64,000 bases of DNA, from the NCBI GenBank assembly GCA_964427405.1, contig CAYRUB010000001.1, positions 80,752 through 144,751 of the forward strand. Direction: 5' to 3'. The notes under the pieces are model-generated. The model saw nothing but the letters and a program-made list of their open reading frames with translations, ran no database searches and was not told where the DNA came from. The translations under genes and the position numbers were made by a program. Positions 41,944 to 50,062 of the stretch are shown in pieces. Origin of the DNA: an uncultured Planctomycetales bacterium. GTDB taxonomy: Bacteria > Omnitrophota > Gorgyraeia > Gygaellales > Profunditerraquicolaceae. Every line of letters begins with the position of its first letter. Positions within the stretch are counted from its first letter, which is position 1.

Positions 41944-43505
41944 TTATCCCGCCCTTTCTCCTTTTCTTTTAGATAACTTTTAAACGGTTCGTAAAGCTCA
42001 TAATCTACGACTTTAAAATTATCTACTTTTATCCATCTAAATATTAATCTCACCAAATCTTTTCTATCCTGTGGATCCAAACTACGCTTCGTTTCTTTAA
42101 AATTGCTTAATACTTCCTGAAGAGATAAAAGATACTGTTGTGAACGTTCTTTTTCTATTAATTTTATTCCCAATAGATTTAATTGCCTTTTTAGCTTCTG
42201 CTCCTCCTCCTTTAATGCCGCATTCTTATTCTTATATATATCTATGCTTATTTCATTATCCAAATATACCTCGGTAAGTTTACTTTGTTTTATTGATAAC
42301 TTTTCCAGTTCTTTCTTAACCAAATCTATCTGCTGCTGAATTGCCTCATCTGGTTCAATCTGAGCCTTGATAACATTATCAATACGTTTTGCAAGATTGC
42401 CTTCCTTGTCTGTTAATCTCTCAATGATGTCTAAAACCTGCGCCTCCAATATCTCTGCCCTAACCGCCGGGTTAGAACATTTATCCCGAAACTTATATCT
42501 TGCTGAACAACAATACCATGGTTTTCTTTGCTTAGTTCTATGATTAGTCATATAAGACGACCCTGTATAACCCAAACCACATTTTGCACAAACTAATACT
42601 CCAGTCAAAGCATATGTGCTAGGATTCACGCGATGAGGAAAATTCTTTCTATTTTCTTTCAACATTCTCTGAATCTTTTCGAAATCTTCCGGAGCAATCA
42701 GCACTTCATGCCGACCTTGCCCAACAATTCTTTTTTCTGGAGGATTTAGGGTATACCGCCACCCTTTCGGAGTCCTATAATAATGTCTAACATTCCATAA
42801 TATTTTCCCAGTGTAAACCGGATTCTTTAAGATACTAAGAATATGATGTCCGGTAAAAGGATTCCCACATCTACTCCTGTAGCCATTTTGAAAAAGATAT
42901 CTCCCTATTTGTATTGAACTTTTTTTGCAAAGATACATCGTATAGATTAATTTAACAATTTTAGCTTCCTCATGCACAGTTTCTAATAATTTCTTTTCTT
43001 TATTATAGTGATATCCGTATGGCGGTTGCGAAGCTCCTTGCCAATTCCCTTTCAAAACTCCTTTTATCATCCCTGGGAAAACTCTTTCAATGATTCGGTT
43101 TCTTTCAAATTCGGCAAAACTACCCAGCTGTTGACACATAAGCTTGCCTGCTGAGGTCGTTGTATCAAAAGGCTCAGTGGCTGATTTAAAAGCTATGCTT
43201 AAACTTTCTAATTCATCAATCACATTCAGCATATCCTTTAATTTACGGCTAAACCTATCGGTTTTGTAAACAAGAACTAAATCGAACATTTTTAACTTAG
43301 CATCAAACATCATCTTTCGGAACGCCGGTCTATCCAAAGTATACCCGCTGGAACACCCTCTTATTCCATCATCCTGGTAAATATGATGTACTTCGAAACC
43401 ATTATGTTTGGCATAATTCAGCAGATACTCCCTTTGCACTTCCAAAGAGTACCCTTCTCTTGCCTGGTCTTCTGTACTTACTCTTACGTAAATTGCGGCC
43501 TTCAT
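41865..43505 (-). CDS. Large serine recombinase (integrase)
   Basis: YVRVST catalytic Ser, DRFSR, AEFER, PPYGY, ILKNPVYTG, CAKCG..YCC..C zinc ribbon, coiled coil. Confidence 0.95.
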   Translation of the reverse strand: MKAAIYVRVSTEDQAREGYSLEVQREYLLNYAKHNGFEVHHIYQDDGIRGCSSGYTLDRPAFRKMMFDAKLKMFDLVLVYKTDRFSRKLKDMLNVIDELESLSIAFKSATEPFDTTTSAGKLMCQQLGSFAEFERNRIIERVFPGMIKGVLKGNWQGASQPPYGYHYNKEKKLLETVHEEAKIVKLIYTMYLCKKSSIQIGRYLFQNGYRSRCGNPFTGHHILSILKNPVYTGKILWNVRHYYRTPKGWRYTLNPPEKRIVGQGRHEVLIAPEDFEKIQRMLKENRKNFPHRVNPSTYALTGVLVCAKCGLGYTGSSYMTNHRTKQRKPWYCCSARYKFRDKCSNPAVRAEILEAQVLDIIERLTDKEGNLAKRIDNVIKAQIEPDEAIQQQIDLVKKELEKLSIKQSKLTEVYLDNEISIDIYKNKNAALKEEEQKLKRQLNLLGIKLIEKERSQQYLLSLQEVLSNFKETKRSLDPQDRKDLVRLIFRWIKVDNFKVVDYELYEPFKSYLKEKEKGRDKCHLEEIQVVPRKRSQSCISELLVVR

Positions 43506-43509
43506 ATAA

Positions 43510-43716
43510 TTAGCCCCTTAGCGTAGATCTCCATTTTTTGATTTTACGGATATCCTGCGTGGTAAATACCGGAAAATTTCTATAATCTCGTTTTACTTTA
43601 ATCCAGCCTTTTTTAATCCAGAAACGAACTGTCCTCTCGTGAACTTTAAAGAGGCTAGCAGCCTGCATAACATTATATGATTTTGCCGGATGGCCTTTTT
43701 TTAATACATTCGTCAT
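43510..43716 (-). CDS. Small MerR/Xis-like HTH protein (candidate excisionase/RDF)
   Basis: YNVMQAASLFKVHERTVRFWIKKG; directly upstream of the integrase. Confidence 0.75.
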   Translation of the reverse strand: MTNVLKKGHPAKSYNVMQAASLFKVHERTVRFWIKKGWIKVKRDYRNFPVFTTQDIRKIKKWRSTLRG

Positions 43717-43723
43717 AGTTCAT

Positions 43724-43751
43724 ATTATATACCATTATCAAGCATTGTCAA
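43724..43751 (-). promoter_or_regulatory. Near-consensus sigma70 promoter for xis-int
   Basis: TTGACA-16 nt-TATAAT ending 7 nt before the ATG at 43716. Confidence 0.7.
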
Positions 43752-43902
43752 ATAATTTATCCTGCTCATTATTTTCTTTTTCATTATTTAATCGCTGTAC
43801 GGTACGGAGATCTGCCTTAAGAAGTATCTCGAAGAATTTGTCCAGGCGAGCTTGCTCCTCATCAATTCTTAATTTATCTACTCGATTATTTTCCTGGCTC
43901 AT
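43738..43902 (-). CDS. Hypothetical 54-aa helical protein (not in the ORF track)
   Basis: AAGGA RBS; MSQENNRVDKLRIDEEQARLDKFFEILLKADLRTVQRLNNEKENNEQDKLFDNA. Confidence 0.5.
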   Translation of the reverse strand: MSQENNRVDKLRIDEEQARLDKFFEILLKADLRTVQRLNNEKENNEQDKLFDNA

Positions 43903-43919
43903 TTATCCTTCATTATTAG

Positions 43920-44046
43920 TTATCCACAGAATCCACAGCTCTTATTTACTACTACTATTTCTTTAAAATCTTTCTTTGTATTATGACGAGTGGTTTGTAG
44001 ACCACTAATCACCGGTGGACTGCTGACCACTACCCGGTGGTCTAGA
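43920..44046. other. Putative element replication origin (DnaA box, AT-rich tract, iterons)
   Basis: TTATCCACA at 43920-43928; AT-rich 43940-43985; GTGGW-N6-ACCAC repeats at 43990 and 44015 plus a half copy at 44037. Confidence 0.6.
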
Positions 44047-44388
44047 GTTTCTAACACGATCAGCTTTCCACAACTGCCATGATGTGTATTCTTTATTTAA
44101 ACCAATCCTATTTTGCCATTCTGTTTTGTCTTTAATCAACACTTTGTCTAAAATTAACTTGTTAATTTGTCTTTTAACATAGCGGATATCTATTCTTAAT
44201 TTTCTGGCTACTGAGCCATAGCTTATAAATGCTTTGCTTGTCTTCCAACCATAGGTCCTTCTGATAACAAATAAAATGATTCTCAATTCCGTACAAGTAA
44301 AAGGATATTCAATTATCGCTTCAAATAACTCGTTAATTATTCTTGTATACCCATTCTCTAATTGAGGATTCGCTTTGAAGCCATTCAT
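44005..44388 (-). CDS. Lambda O-like replication initiator N-terminal domain, possibly frameshift-truncated
   Basis: LENGYTRIINEL..RRTYGW..IGLNKEYTSW, the Phage_rep_O pattern. Confidence 0.82.
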   Translation of the reverse strand: MNGFKANPQLENGYTRIINELFEAIIEYPFTCTELRIILFVIRRTYGWKTSKAFISYGSVARKLRIDIRYVKRQINKLILDKVLIKDKTEWQNRIGLNKEYTSWQLWKADRVRNSRPPGSGQQSTGD

Positions 44389-44437
44389 AAAAAATAAAAA
44401 GGGCTGGCCTCTTGAGATTTGCTCAAGAAACCAGCCC
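44389..44437 (-). terminator. Terminator/attenuator immediately before the rep ATG
   Basis: GGGCTGGTTTCTTGAG-caaat-CTCAAGAGGCCAGCCC then TTTTTATTTTTT then ATG. Confidence 0.75.
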
Positions 44438-44538
44438 AGTTTTTCTCTGACCTATTGTTCAGACCGAGGTTACTGTGACTGAAAATATTATCACTTTAAA
44501 TTGTCAACTATTATAATTAGCGCAAACTTTGGGTATTG

Positions 44539-44721
44539 TCAAGCATTTTCTTTGGGTGTATTAGATATATAATTAACCTTCCCCAGTTTAGCCGGAGTCG
44601 CTTCCAGATAAAACTCCGTACCATTTGATTGCAATACTACATGCAAATATCCCTTACGCTGTAGCTTTACCATCCGCCAACCGTTAATTATCTCTTTTTC
44701 ATCCACTGTAATTTCTTCCAT
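44539..44721 (-). CDS. Hypothetical 60-aa protein
   Basis: GAGGT RBS; starts 2 nt after the upstream stop. Confidence 0.6.
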   Translation of the reverse strand: MEEITVDEKEIINGWRMVKLQRKGYLHVVLQSNGTEFYLEATPAKLGKVNYISNTPKENA

Positions 44722-44723
44722 TT

Positions 44724-45170
44724 TTACCTCGACTCCTTTGGGTTTCTCTTGAGCACTGTCAATTTGTTACAATGACAGCACTCCTCAATCCTGCCCTCAT
44801 AGAAGCCGTAGAATTCCTTTAAAAGGTTTCCACAATTCTGGCAATAAGCGCGATGCATTTTTAGGTATTTATTTTTTTCAGGAAAAATAATCTTGATCCT
44901 TCTCTCCGGATGCACAAGATCTATTGCTGAAACTATCTTTTTTAAAAAATAGTCCCGCACAAATCTTATATCAGATACAACTATTTCTTTCATCTCATCA
45001 TATTGCCCATTCCTAAATTCAACTCTGAGAAAAATAAGTTGTACAGTATTGACTATTTTCCTAGATACCTCTTGAGCGTTCAAACTGATTTCACGCACAT
45101 AGCTTTTGCCATCCCTAGTCTCGGCTTCTACTATGCATTTCTCCTTGTAGACGATTTTTCCTATTGGCAT
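44724..45170 (-). CDS. Hypothetical protein with a C-terminal Com-like zinc ribbon; likely start at 45170
   Basis: AGGAG RBS; YCQNCGNLL...IEECCHCNKLT. Confidence 0.65.
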   Translation of the reverse strand: MPIGKIVYKEKCIVEAETRDGKSYVREISLNAQEVSRKIVNTVQLIFLRVEFRNGQYDEMKEIVVSDIRFVRDYFLKKIVSAIDLVHPERRIKIIFPEKNKYLKMHRAYCQNCGNLLKEFYGFYEGRIEECCHCNKLTVLKRNPKESR

Positions 45171-45188
45171 CTTATCTCCTGATGATGT

Positions 45189-45256
45189 AAAAATAAAAAA
45201 CCCATATCGGAATACGCTCCCTAAAAAGGAATCGTCCAATATGGGTTCTAGGAACC
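45189..45256 (-). terminator. Terminator/attenuator with an overlapping alternative hairpin
   Basis: AACCCATATTGGA...TCCGATATGGGTT plus TTTTATTTTT; GGTTC-cta-GAACC overlaps its 5' arm. Confidence 0.7.
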
Positions 45257-45517
45257 ACTAAAGGCTGTTAAGCCCTATTTTTTACTAAGTTGCTTTATAT
45301 CGTATAAATATATCTTCTCTCAAAAAAATTACTGCCTCAATAGTAACATTTGTTTCTTATAAACAATTGGATGTTGACACCGATTACCCTGCGACCCAGA
45401 AAAATTAAAATTCATTAGCATATCACCTCCTTCCTTATTTTATTTCTTTCTTACTTTCTTCTTAATTTCCTACCATTTTCTTTTCCAAAAATTAACTTTA
45501 ATCTATAAACCAGCGCT

Positions 45518-46081
45518 TTATCGGGCTTCCTGAATGCCCGATACAATTCTAAAAACTATATCGATTTCAAATTGCAATTCCCTTTTTCCAAAATCACCCG
45601 GAAACGGCAAAAACGGGCTTGCCCTCTTTACGGCATCCACAGCCTCTTTATCAAGCTCATCTATACCAGATGATGCTAAAAGCCGGACATCTTTGATCTC
45701 TCCCGAAAACAAAAGGTTAAAAGAAATACGCACCGCTCCTTCTCTGCCTAATCGCAGCGCCCAACGAGGATACCTTCTCTCTTCCTGAATTTTTTGCTTG
45801 ACGCTGTCTTGATAGCGTAAAATTGACTCTTTAATTACATCTTGACTTTCTATCGTCTCCTGAGCCGATTGCTCTTCTTTAACAACTTCTTCTATCTTTT
45901 TTTCCTGGGCCAACCGGTATTTTTCCGGAAGATACTCCGGCCTTTCATTTCTCAACTCTACTTCAATCGGTTTCTTAGTCTCTGGATTCTTTATCCGAAA
46001 TGAATTGGAACCTATCAGATAAGAATGGAAGGCGCAGGACAGAACAAAACTTACATACAAAGGGTTAATTCTTCCCATCAT
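45518..46081 (-). CDS. tonB: TonB energy transducer; likely start 46081/46078
   Basis: N-terminal S..FH TM, YPRWA..GREG.V, SSG..LD..A. Confidence 0.9.
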   Translation of the reverse strand: MMGRINPLYVSFVLSCAFHSYLIGSNSFRIKNPETKKPIEVELRNERPEYLPEKYRLAQEKKIEEVVKEEQSAQETIESQDVIKESILRYQDSVKQKIQEERRYPRWALRLGREGAVRISFNLLFSGEIKDVRLLASSGIDELDKEAVDAVKRASPFLPFPGDFGKRELQFEIDIVFRIVSGIQEAR

Positions 46082-46487
46082 CAACCTGTGTGGCGATAAC
46101 CAGATTTTCGGCTTCGGCCTGTTTAGCCGCATCCATAACCTTGACCGCCAGCCCTAAATCCACCTTTTCATCTGCCTTTATTACTACTACGCGGGAACCT
46201 GTTTTTCTTATTGATGCCTCCAGATTTTCCGCCAGATTACTTAGGGACACCTTGGCGTCGTTTAAAAATATTTCTCCGTTCTCCTTAATGAAAATAACGT
46301 TTTTATCCTGCTTCTGACTCGACGCTTGTTTCGACTCCGGCAGCTTGACATTAAATCCGCGGTGCGAGACAAAATGCGAAGAAAGCACAAAAAAAATAAG
46401 AAGCAAAAATACCATATCGATAAGAGGCGTCATATTTAAATCCGACTTTGGTTTTTTGCGCCTTTCAAAATCAAGTTCTGTCATCAA
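46065..46487 (-). CDS. exbD: ExbD
   Basis: NMTPLIDMVFLLLIFF, KAD. Confidence 0.93.
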   Translation of the reverse strand: MMTELDFERRKKPKSDLNMTPLIDMVFLLLIFFVLSSHFVSHRGFNVKLPESKQASSQKQDKNVIFIKENGEIFLNDAKVSLSNLAENLEASIRKTGSRVVVIKADEKVDLGLAVKVMDAAKQAEAENLVIATQVDDGKN

Positions 46488-46499
46488 AAATCCCCTTAT

Positions 46500-47096
46500 T
46501 TAATGAATGTTAAATATGTCTGAAGAGATATTTTTCATCTGAATCGCCCTGTTATCAACTACCCCTTCAAAGTAATGATAAAAAATGAGCGTAGGGATAG
46601 CTACGAATAAACCGGCGGCAGTGGTTAAGAGCGCCTCCCAAATACCTCCGGCCAAAACAGCGACTTCAGCGATGCCTCCGATTTTCTCAATCTTCATAAA
46701 TGTCTGGATCATACCCGTGACTGTCCCCGTAAGCCCAAGTAAAGTAGAAATATTCCCGATTACGGAAAGAACACGCAGGCGCGCATCTGCCTGTTCTATT
46801 TCTCTTGATCCTGCCCGGCGAAGGATCTTCTGCCTTTCTTCAACCGGCTGGCTCAAGACCTTAAGCCCTACGCTCAAAAACCGCCCCAGGAAACTTTTAT
46901 CCTCATTCGCCGCAGAAATCGCATCATCAACTTTATCGTTCTTTAGCAAAAGATGCACCCGTTCAGGTAAATTCTTGGCTTTCAGCCGTGTTTTACTGAA
47001 ATAATAAAATCTCTCCAAAATAATAGTCAAAGACACGATTGAACATAGGGCAATCGGCCACATAAGTAACCCGCCTTTAATGAACAAGCTATGCAT
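46500..47096 (-). CDS. exbB: ExbB (MotA/TolQ/ExbB family)
   Basis: LLGLTGTVTGMI, GIWEALLTTAAGL.VAIP. Confidence 0.93.
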   Translation of the reverse strand: MHSLFIKGGLLMWPIALCSIVSLTIILERFYYFSKTRLKAKNLPERVHLLLKNDKVDDAISAANEDKSFLGRFLSVGLKVLSQPVEERQKILRRAGSREIEQADARLRVLSVIGNISTLLGLTGTVTGMIQTFMKIEKIGGIAEVAVLAGGIWEALLTTAAGLFVAIPTLIFYHYFEGVVDNRAIQMKNISSDIFNIH

Positions 47097-47115
47097 ATCT
47101 TCCCCCCTAAATTAG

Positions 47116-49191
47116 TTAGAACTTATACGAAAGGCTTCCGTAAATAAACCGTCCAGGCTCATTGACTATTTTTACGTTTGAACCGCCCGGGTCTGTCGGG
47201 TCATATTCATAAGAATTGGCAACCGCGTATTTCTTGTCAAACATATTATCAATACCAAAATTCAAGCTCAGTCCAGCTAACAACGATTGACTCCCATTTT
47301 TCTCTCCAAACTGGTAACCCGCCCTAAAGTTAAACACATCCCAACCCTTAAGGGGTGTTTCTCCGGCATCACTATCAATCTCCTTGCTCCTCTCTGAATG
47401 CACCCATTCATATACCGCAAAGAAACCATAATTATCATAATTTAAAGCCAGTTTTGTTTTAAGCGGGGCGATTTCAGCGAGGTTTTTATCACTGTTGTTT
47501 TCCGGTTGGCTAAGTTTCTTCCCGCGTTGATAAGCTACTCCTCCTTCCAGGCTAAAACCACGCGACAAATCAAATGCAGTGGTCGCGTCCCCTCCAACTA
47601 AATATGCGTCAATATTCGTATATGTCCTGTCGCCGCTGGCTTTCTGCTCCTGATAGATATAATCGCCTAAATAACTGTAAAAACCCTTTGTCCTGAATTT
47701 TAAACGGTCAAAGATTTTTGTTTCAAACCCGATGTCAGTTTCAACGTTGCGGGAAGGCTTAAGGTCAGGGTTGCCGTAATAAGTACTGCTCTCCTGAACG
47801 TAACGCTCCACGGTAGTTGGTGTGCGGTTAGTCAAGCCTACGCCGCCGAATAAATTTGTTTCATCTTTTAAAAAATATTTCAAAAACACATTGGCGCTGG
47901 GAAAAACATCGGTTGAGCCGTTTGTGTTGGTCATCGCTTTACTAAACTTCAAATCCTCCTGCGCCTTGGTGTGAAAAACATCCGCCCGCAGCCCCGCCGT
48001 AACTGATAGCTTCCCGATATCCCGCTCGGCCTTCAGATAAGCCCCGCCGTCAATCTCGTTAACATCAGGGAAAAGCTCGTTGTTTATTATTACCCCGGTA
48101 TTTCTGTTTATGACGTTACCATACCAATTACGGAAATAAAAATCCGTCCCGTAGGTCAATAACCCTAAGCCGGCCTCGACTTTATTTTCAACCTGCGCCC
48201 CGGAGATATATGAAATCGCCTCTATCCTGTTCTGATTAACCAGGCCCGGGCCAGTCCTGTATTTTCCATACGGATAATGCTCAATACGGTTATAATAAGC
48301 CGAAATCCCGAGCTGCTCCGAGATAGAGCTGAGATTATCTATCGTATATTCAATTTTATTAAGGTAAGTTTTTTCTTTCTCCGTATCCATGGCCACGCGG
48401 GGAGTCAAAATATCATGCGCTTCGCCGTAAGAAGAAGAAAAGGAAATTTTCTGGTTATCTAAAGGTTCAATTGACGCCTTCGCCCAAAAATCATGCTTTT
48501 TAAAAGCATCAAGGTTTTTACCTTCGTCGTTATAATTGGGGTTAAAACTGCTTAATTTATTGCCCGCGCCGTCCTTATATTGGCCGGACTGCGAATAATT
48601 ATAACCGAACAGGCCCTGCAGCTTCTTGTTCCCGCCTGAAATAAACCCGCCCTGGCTCAAATATCCGTATGAGCCGAACTTGGAAAGAACCTCCCCATGG
48701 ATGCCTTCCTGGGGGTCTTTTGTAATAACGTTGATACTGCCGCCGAGGGCACCGGGAACGCCTACATCATAAGGCCCTTCCTTGACTTCAATTTTCTGTA
48801 TAGTCAATAAATTAATGTGGGAAAGCGGCGGATCCTTGCGGCTGCCGCAGGAGCCTTCGATCAAGGTATCGTCCTGCGAAAAACGCAGGTTACTCTTGGT
48901 AAAGCCTCTTAAACCCACTTCATTTCCATACCCGCTCTTCCGGATCATTGAAGCTTCAATAAGCTCATCGGATAATATCTCGGCAAGGTCAACAACTTTA
49001 TGCGACTTGAGCGTTTTCTGGCTGATTTTCTTCTTCTCTTCTATATCCAAGGCGGCATCATCATCTTCATCTTCCGAGACTATCAGCTCCCCCAGGTCAA
49101 AAACGGTTGTCTGGCCATAGGCAGAAATCAAATTACTCAAATTAAGAATCAATAATAGAACAACTATGCAACATATTCTTTTAGAAGACAT
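47116..49191 (-). CDS. TonB-dependent outer-membrane receptor, OprC/NosA-like plug
   Basis: Signal peptide, CGSRKDPP, IEVKEGP..GALGGSINVIT, GNPDLKP, C-terminal PGR..YKF. Confidence 0.9.
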   Translation of the reverse strand: MSSKRICCIVVLLLILNLSNLISAYGQTTVFDLGELIVSEDEDDDAALDIEEKKKISQKTLKSHKVVDLAEILSDELIEASMIRKSGYGNEVGLRGFTKSNLRFSQDDTLIEGSCGSRKDPPLSHINLLTIQKIEVKEGPYDVGVPGALGGSINVITKDPQEGIHGEVLSKFGSYGYLSQGGFISGGNKKLQGLFGYNYSQSGQYKDGAGNKLSSFNPNYNDEGKNLDAFKKHDFWAKASIEPLDNQKISFSSSYGEAHDILTPRVAMDTEKEKTYLNKIEYTIDNLSSISEQLGISAYYNRIEHYPYGKYRTGPGLVNQNRIEAISYISGAQVENKVEAGLGLLTYGTDFYFRNWYGNVINRNTGVIINNELFPDVNEIDGGAYLKAERDIGKLSVTAGLRADVFHTKAQEDLKFSKAMTNTNGSTDVFPSANVFLKYFLKDETNLFGGVGLTNRTPTTVERYVQESSTYYGNPDLKPSRNVETDIGFETKIFDRLKFRTKGFYSYLGDYIYQEQKASGDRTYTNIDAYLVGGDATTAFDLSRGFSLEGGVAYQRGKKLSQPENNSDKNLAEIAPLKTKLALNYDNYGFFAVYEWVHSERSKEIDSDAGETPLKGWDVFNFRAGYQFGEKNGSQSLLAGLSLNFGIDNMFDKKYAVANSYEYDPTDPGGSNVKIVNEPGRFIYGSLSYKF

Positions 49192-49238
49192 CTTACCCCT
49201 CCCCTAAAGCCATGGTGGATAATTATAATTTAAACAGG

Positions 49239-49532
49239 CTAGCTTAATGGAGGAGCGCGGGAAATATTGGCGGAAGGTAAAGTCTTAACGGATGGAATGC
49301 GGGACAAAGCGGGGATAAAACTGATAGCGCTAAATATGGCATAAAAAACAACCGCAAAAAAGGATCCCTCCGCGACATAATGCAGCCAAAGACAGATAGG
49401 GCAATCATGCCCATCATCTCCGTCATGTTGCAGGCTGTGCGAAAGAGGATGGAATACCGCTATCCCAAGAAAAACAACAAAAACAGCCAGCAACAAAAAC
49501 GCGCGGTTCCTTCTTATTTGCACCTTGAACAT
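49239..49532 (-). CDS. CruR/CutF (DUF2946)-like leader protein with CxxC and RAPP
   Basis: Signal/TM, His-rich HPLSHSLQHDGDDGHD, CPIC, C-terminal SRAPP; directly upstream of the receptor. Confidence 0.82.
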   Translation of the reverse strand: MFKVQIRRNRAFLLLAVFVVFLGIAVFHPLSHSLQHDGDDGHDCPICLWLHYVAEGSFFAVVFYAIFSAISFIPALSRIPSVKTLPSANISRAPPLS

Positions 49533-49930
49533 AACCCTTCTATTTGAAGCTGATGCGACTCAACTTTAGCCTTGAAGTTATCCTCAATGAACCTGGAAAC
49601 TTTATGAAAGTCGCAAAATACCACTTCTTCAACCTTCTTGCATTTGCGACAAATAAAATGATGGTGATGCTCACCGGGAAGCGCGCAAAGAGAATAACGC
49701 ATCTGCCGGTCTTGCGTTAAGGACTTCACCAAGATACCCGCGTTCACCAGTTCATCCAATATACGGTATACTGTCGGCAACCCTATCACGGAAAGCTTCT
49801 TTTTTAACTTCCCGTAAATATCATACGGCCCCATTTGGATATTTTGCTTCATAAATAAATCTATGACTGCCTTACGCTTTGGGGTTATCTTTAGCCGGTT
49901 ATTTTTTAGGACCTGAAGATAGGATTCCAT
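49514..49930 (-). CDS. Fur-family metalloregulator, Zur-like
   Basis: KITPKR, LPTVYR, HHHHFICRKC, GLCSRC. Confidence 0.92.
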   Translation of the reverse strand: MESYLQVLKNNRLKITPKRKAVIDLFMKQNIQMGPYDIYGKLKKKLSVIGLPTVYRILDELVNAGILVKSLTQDRQMRYSLCALPGEHHHHFICRKCKKVEEVVFCDFHKVSRFIEDNFKAKVESHQLQIEGLCSRCK

Positions 49931-49941
49931 TTTATCTTTCT

Positions 49942-49993
49942 ATAGATAGAAATCATTTCTATTTATGATAGCAAGAAGCAAACTACCTGTCAA
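49942..49993 (-). promoter_or_regulatory. Promoter with a Fur/Zur-type operator
   Basis: TTGACA-17 nt-TATCAT; perfect 8-1-8 palindrome ATAGAAAT-C-ATTTCTAT at 49946-49962 over the predicted +1. Confidence 0.82.
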
Positions 49994-50001
49994 TGATAAT
50001 T

Positions 50002-50036
50002 ATAAGGGCTTCTGGCATTTCTCCAGAAGCCCTTAT
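50002..50036. terminator. Stem-loop ending the porin transcript
   Basis: ATAAGGGCTTCTGG-catttct-CCAGAAGCCCTTAT, a perfect 14-bp stem. Confidence 0.75.
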
Positions 50037-50062
50037 CTCTAAAGGTATATAGTGAGTAAACT

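Noticed and set aside
43990-44046. Short repeats considered as a mini-CRISPR
   Set aside because: Repeats and spacers are too short and there are no cas genes; iterons fit better
44411-44427. CTTGAG-N5-CTCAAG resembling an HspR HAIR operator
   Set aside because: The spacer is too short and the sequence is the top of a terminator stem, far from heat-shock genes
41865-45260. Intact prophage or conjugative ICE
   Set aside because: No structural, terminase, lysis, relaxase or T4SS genes are visible in the window
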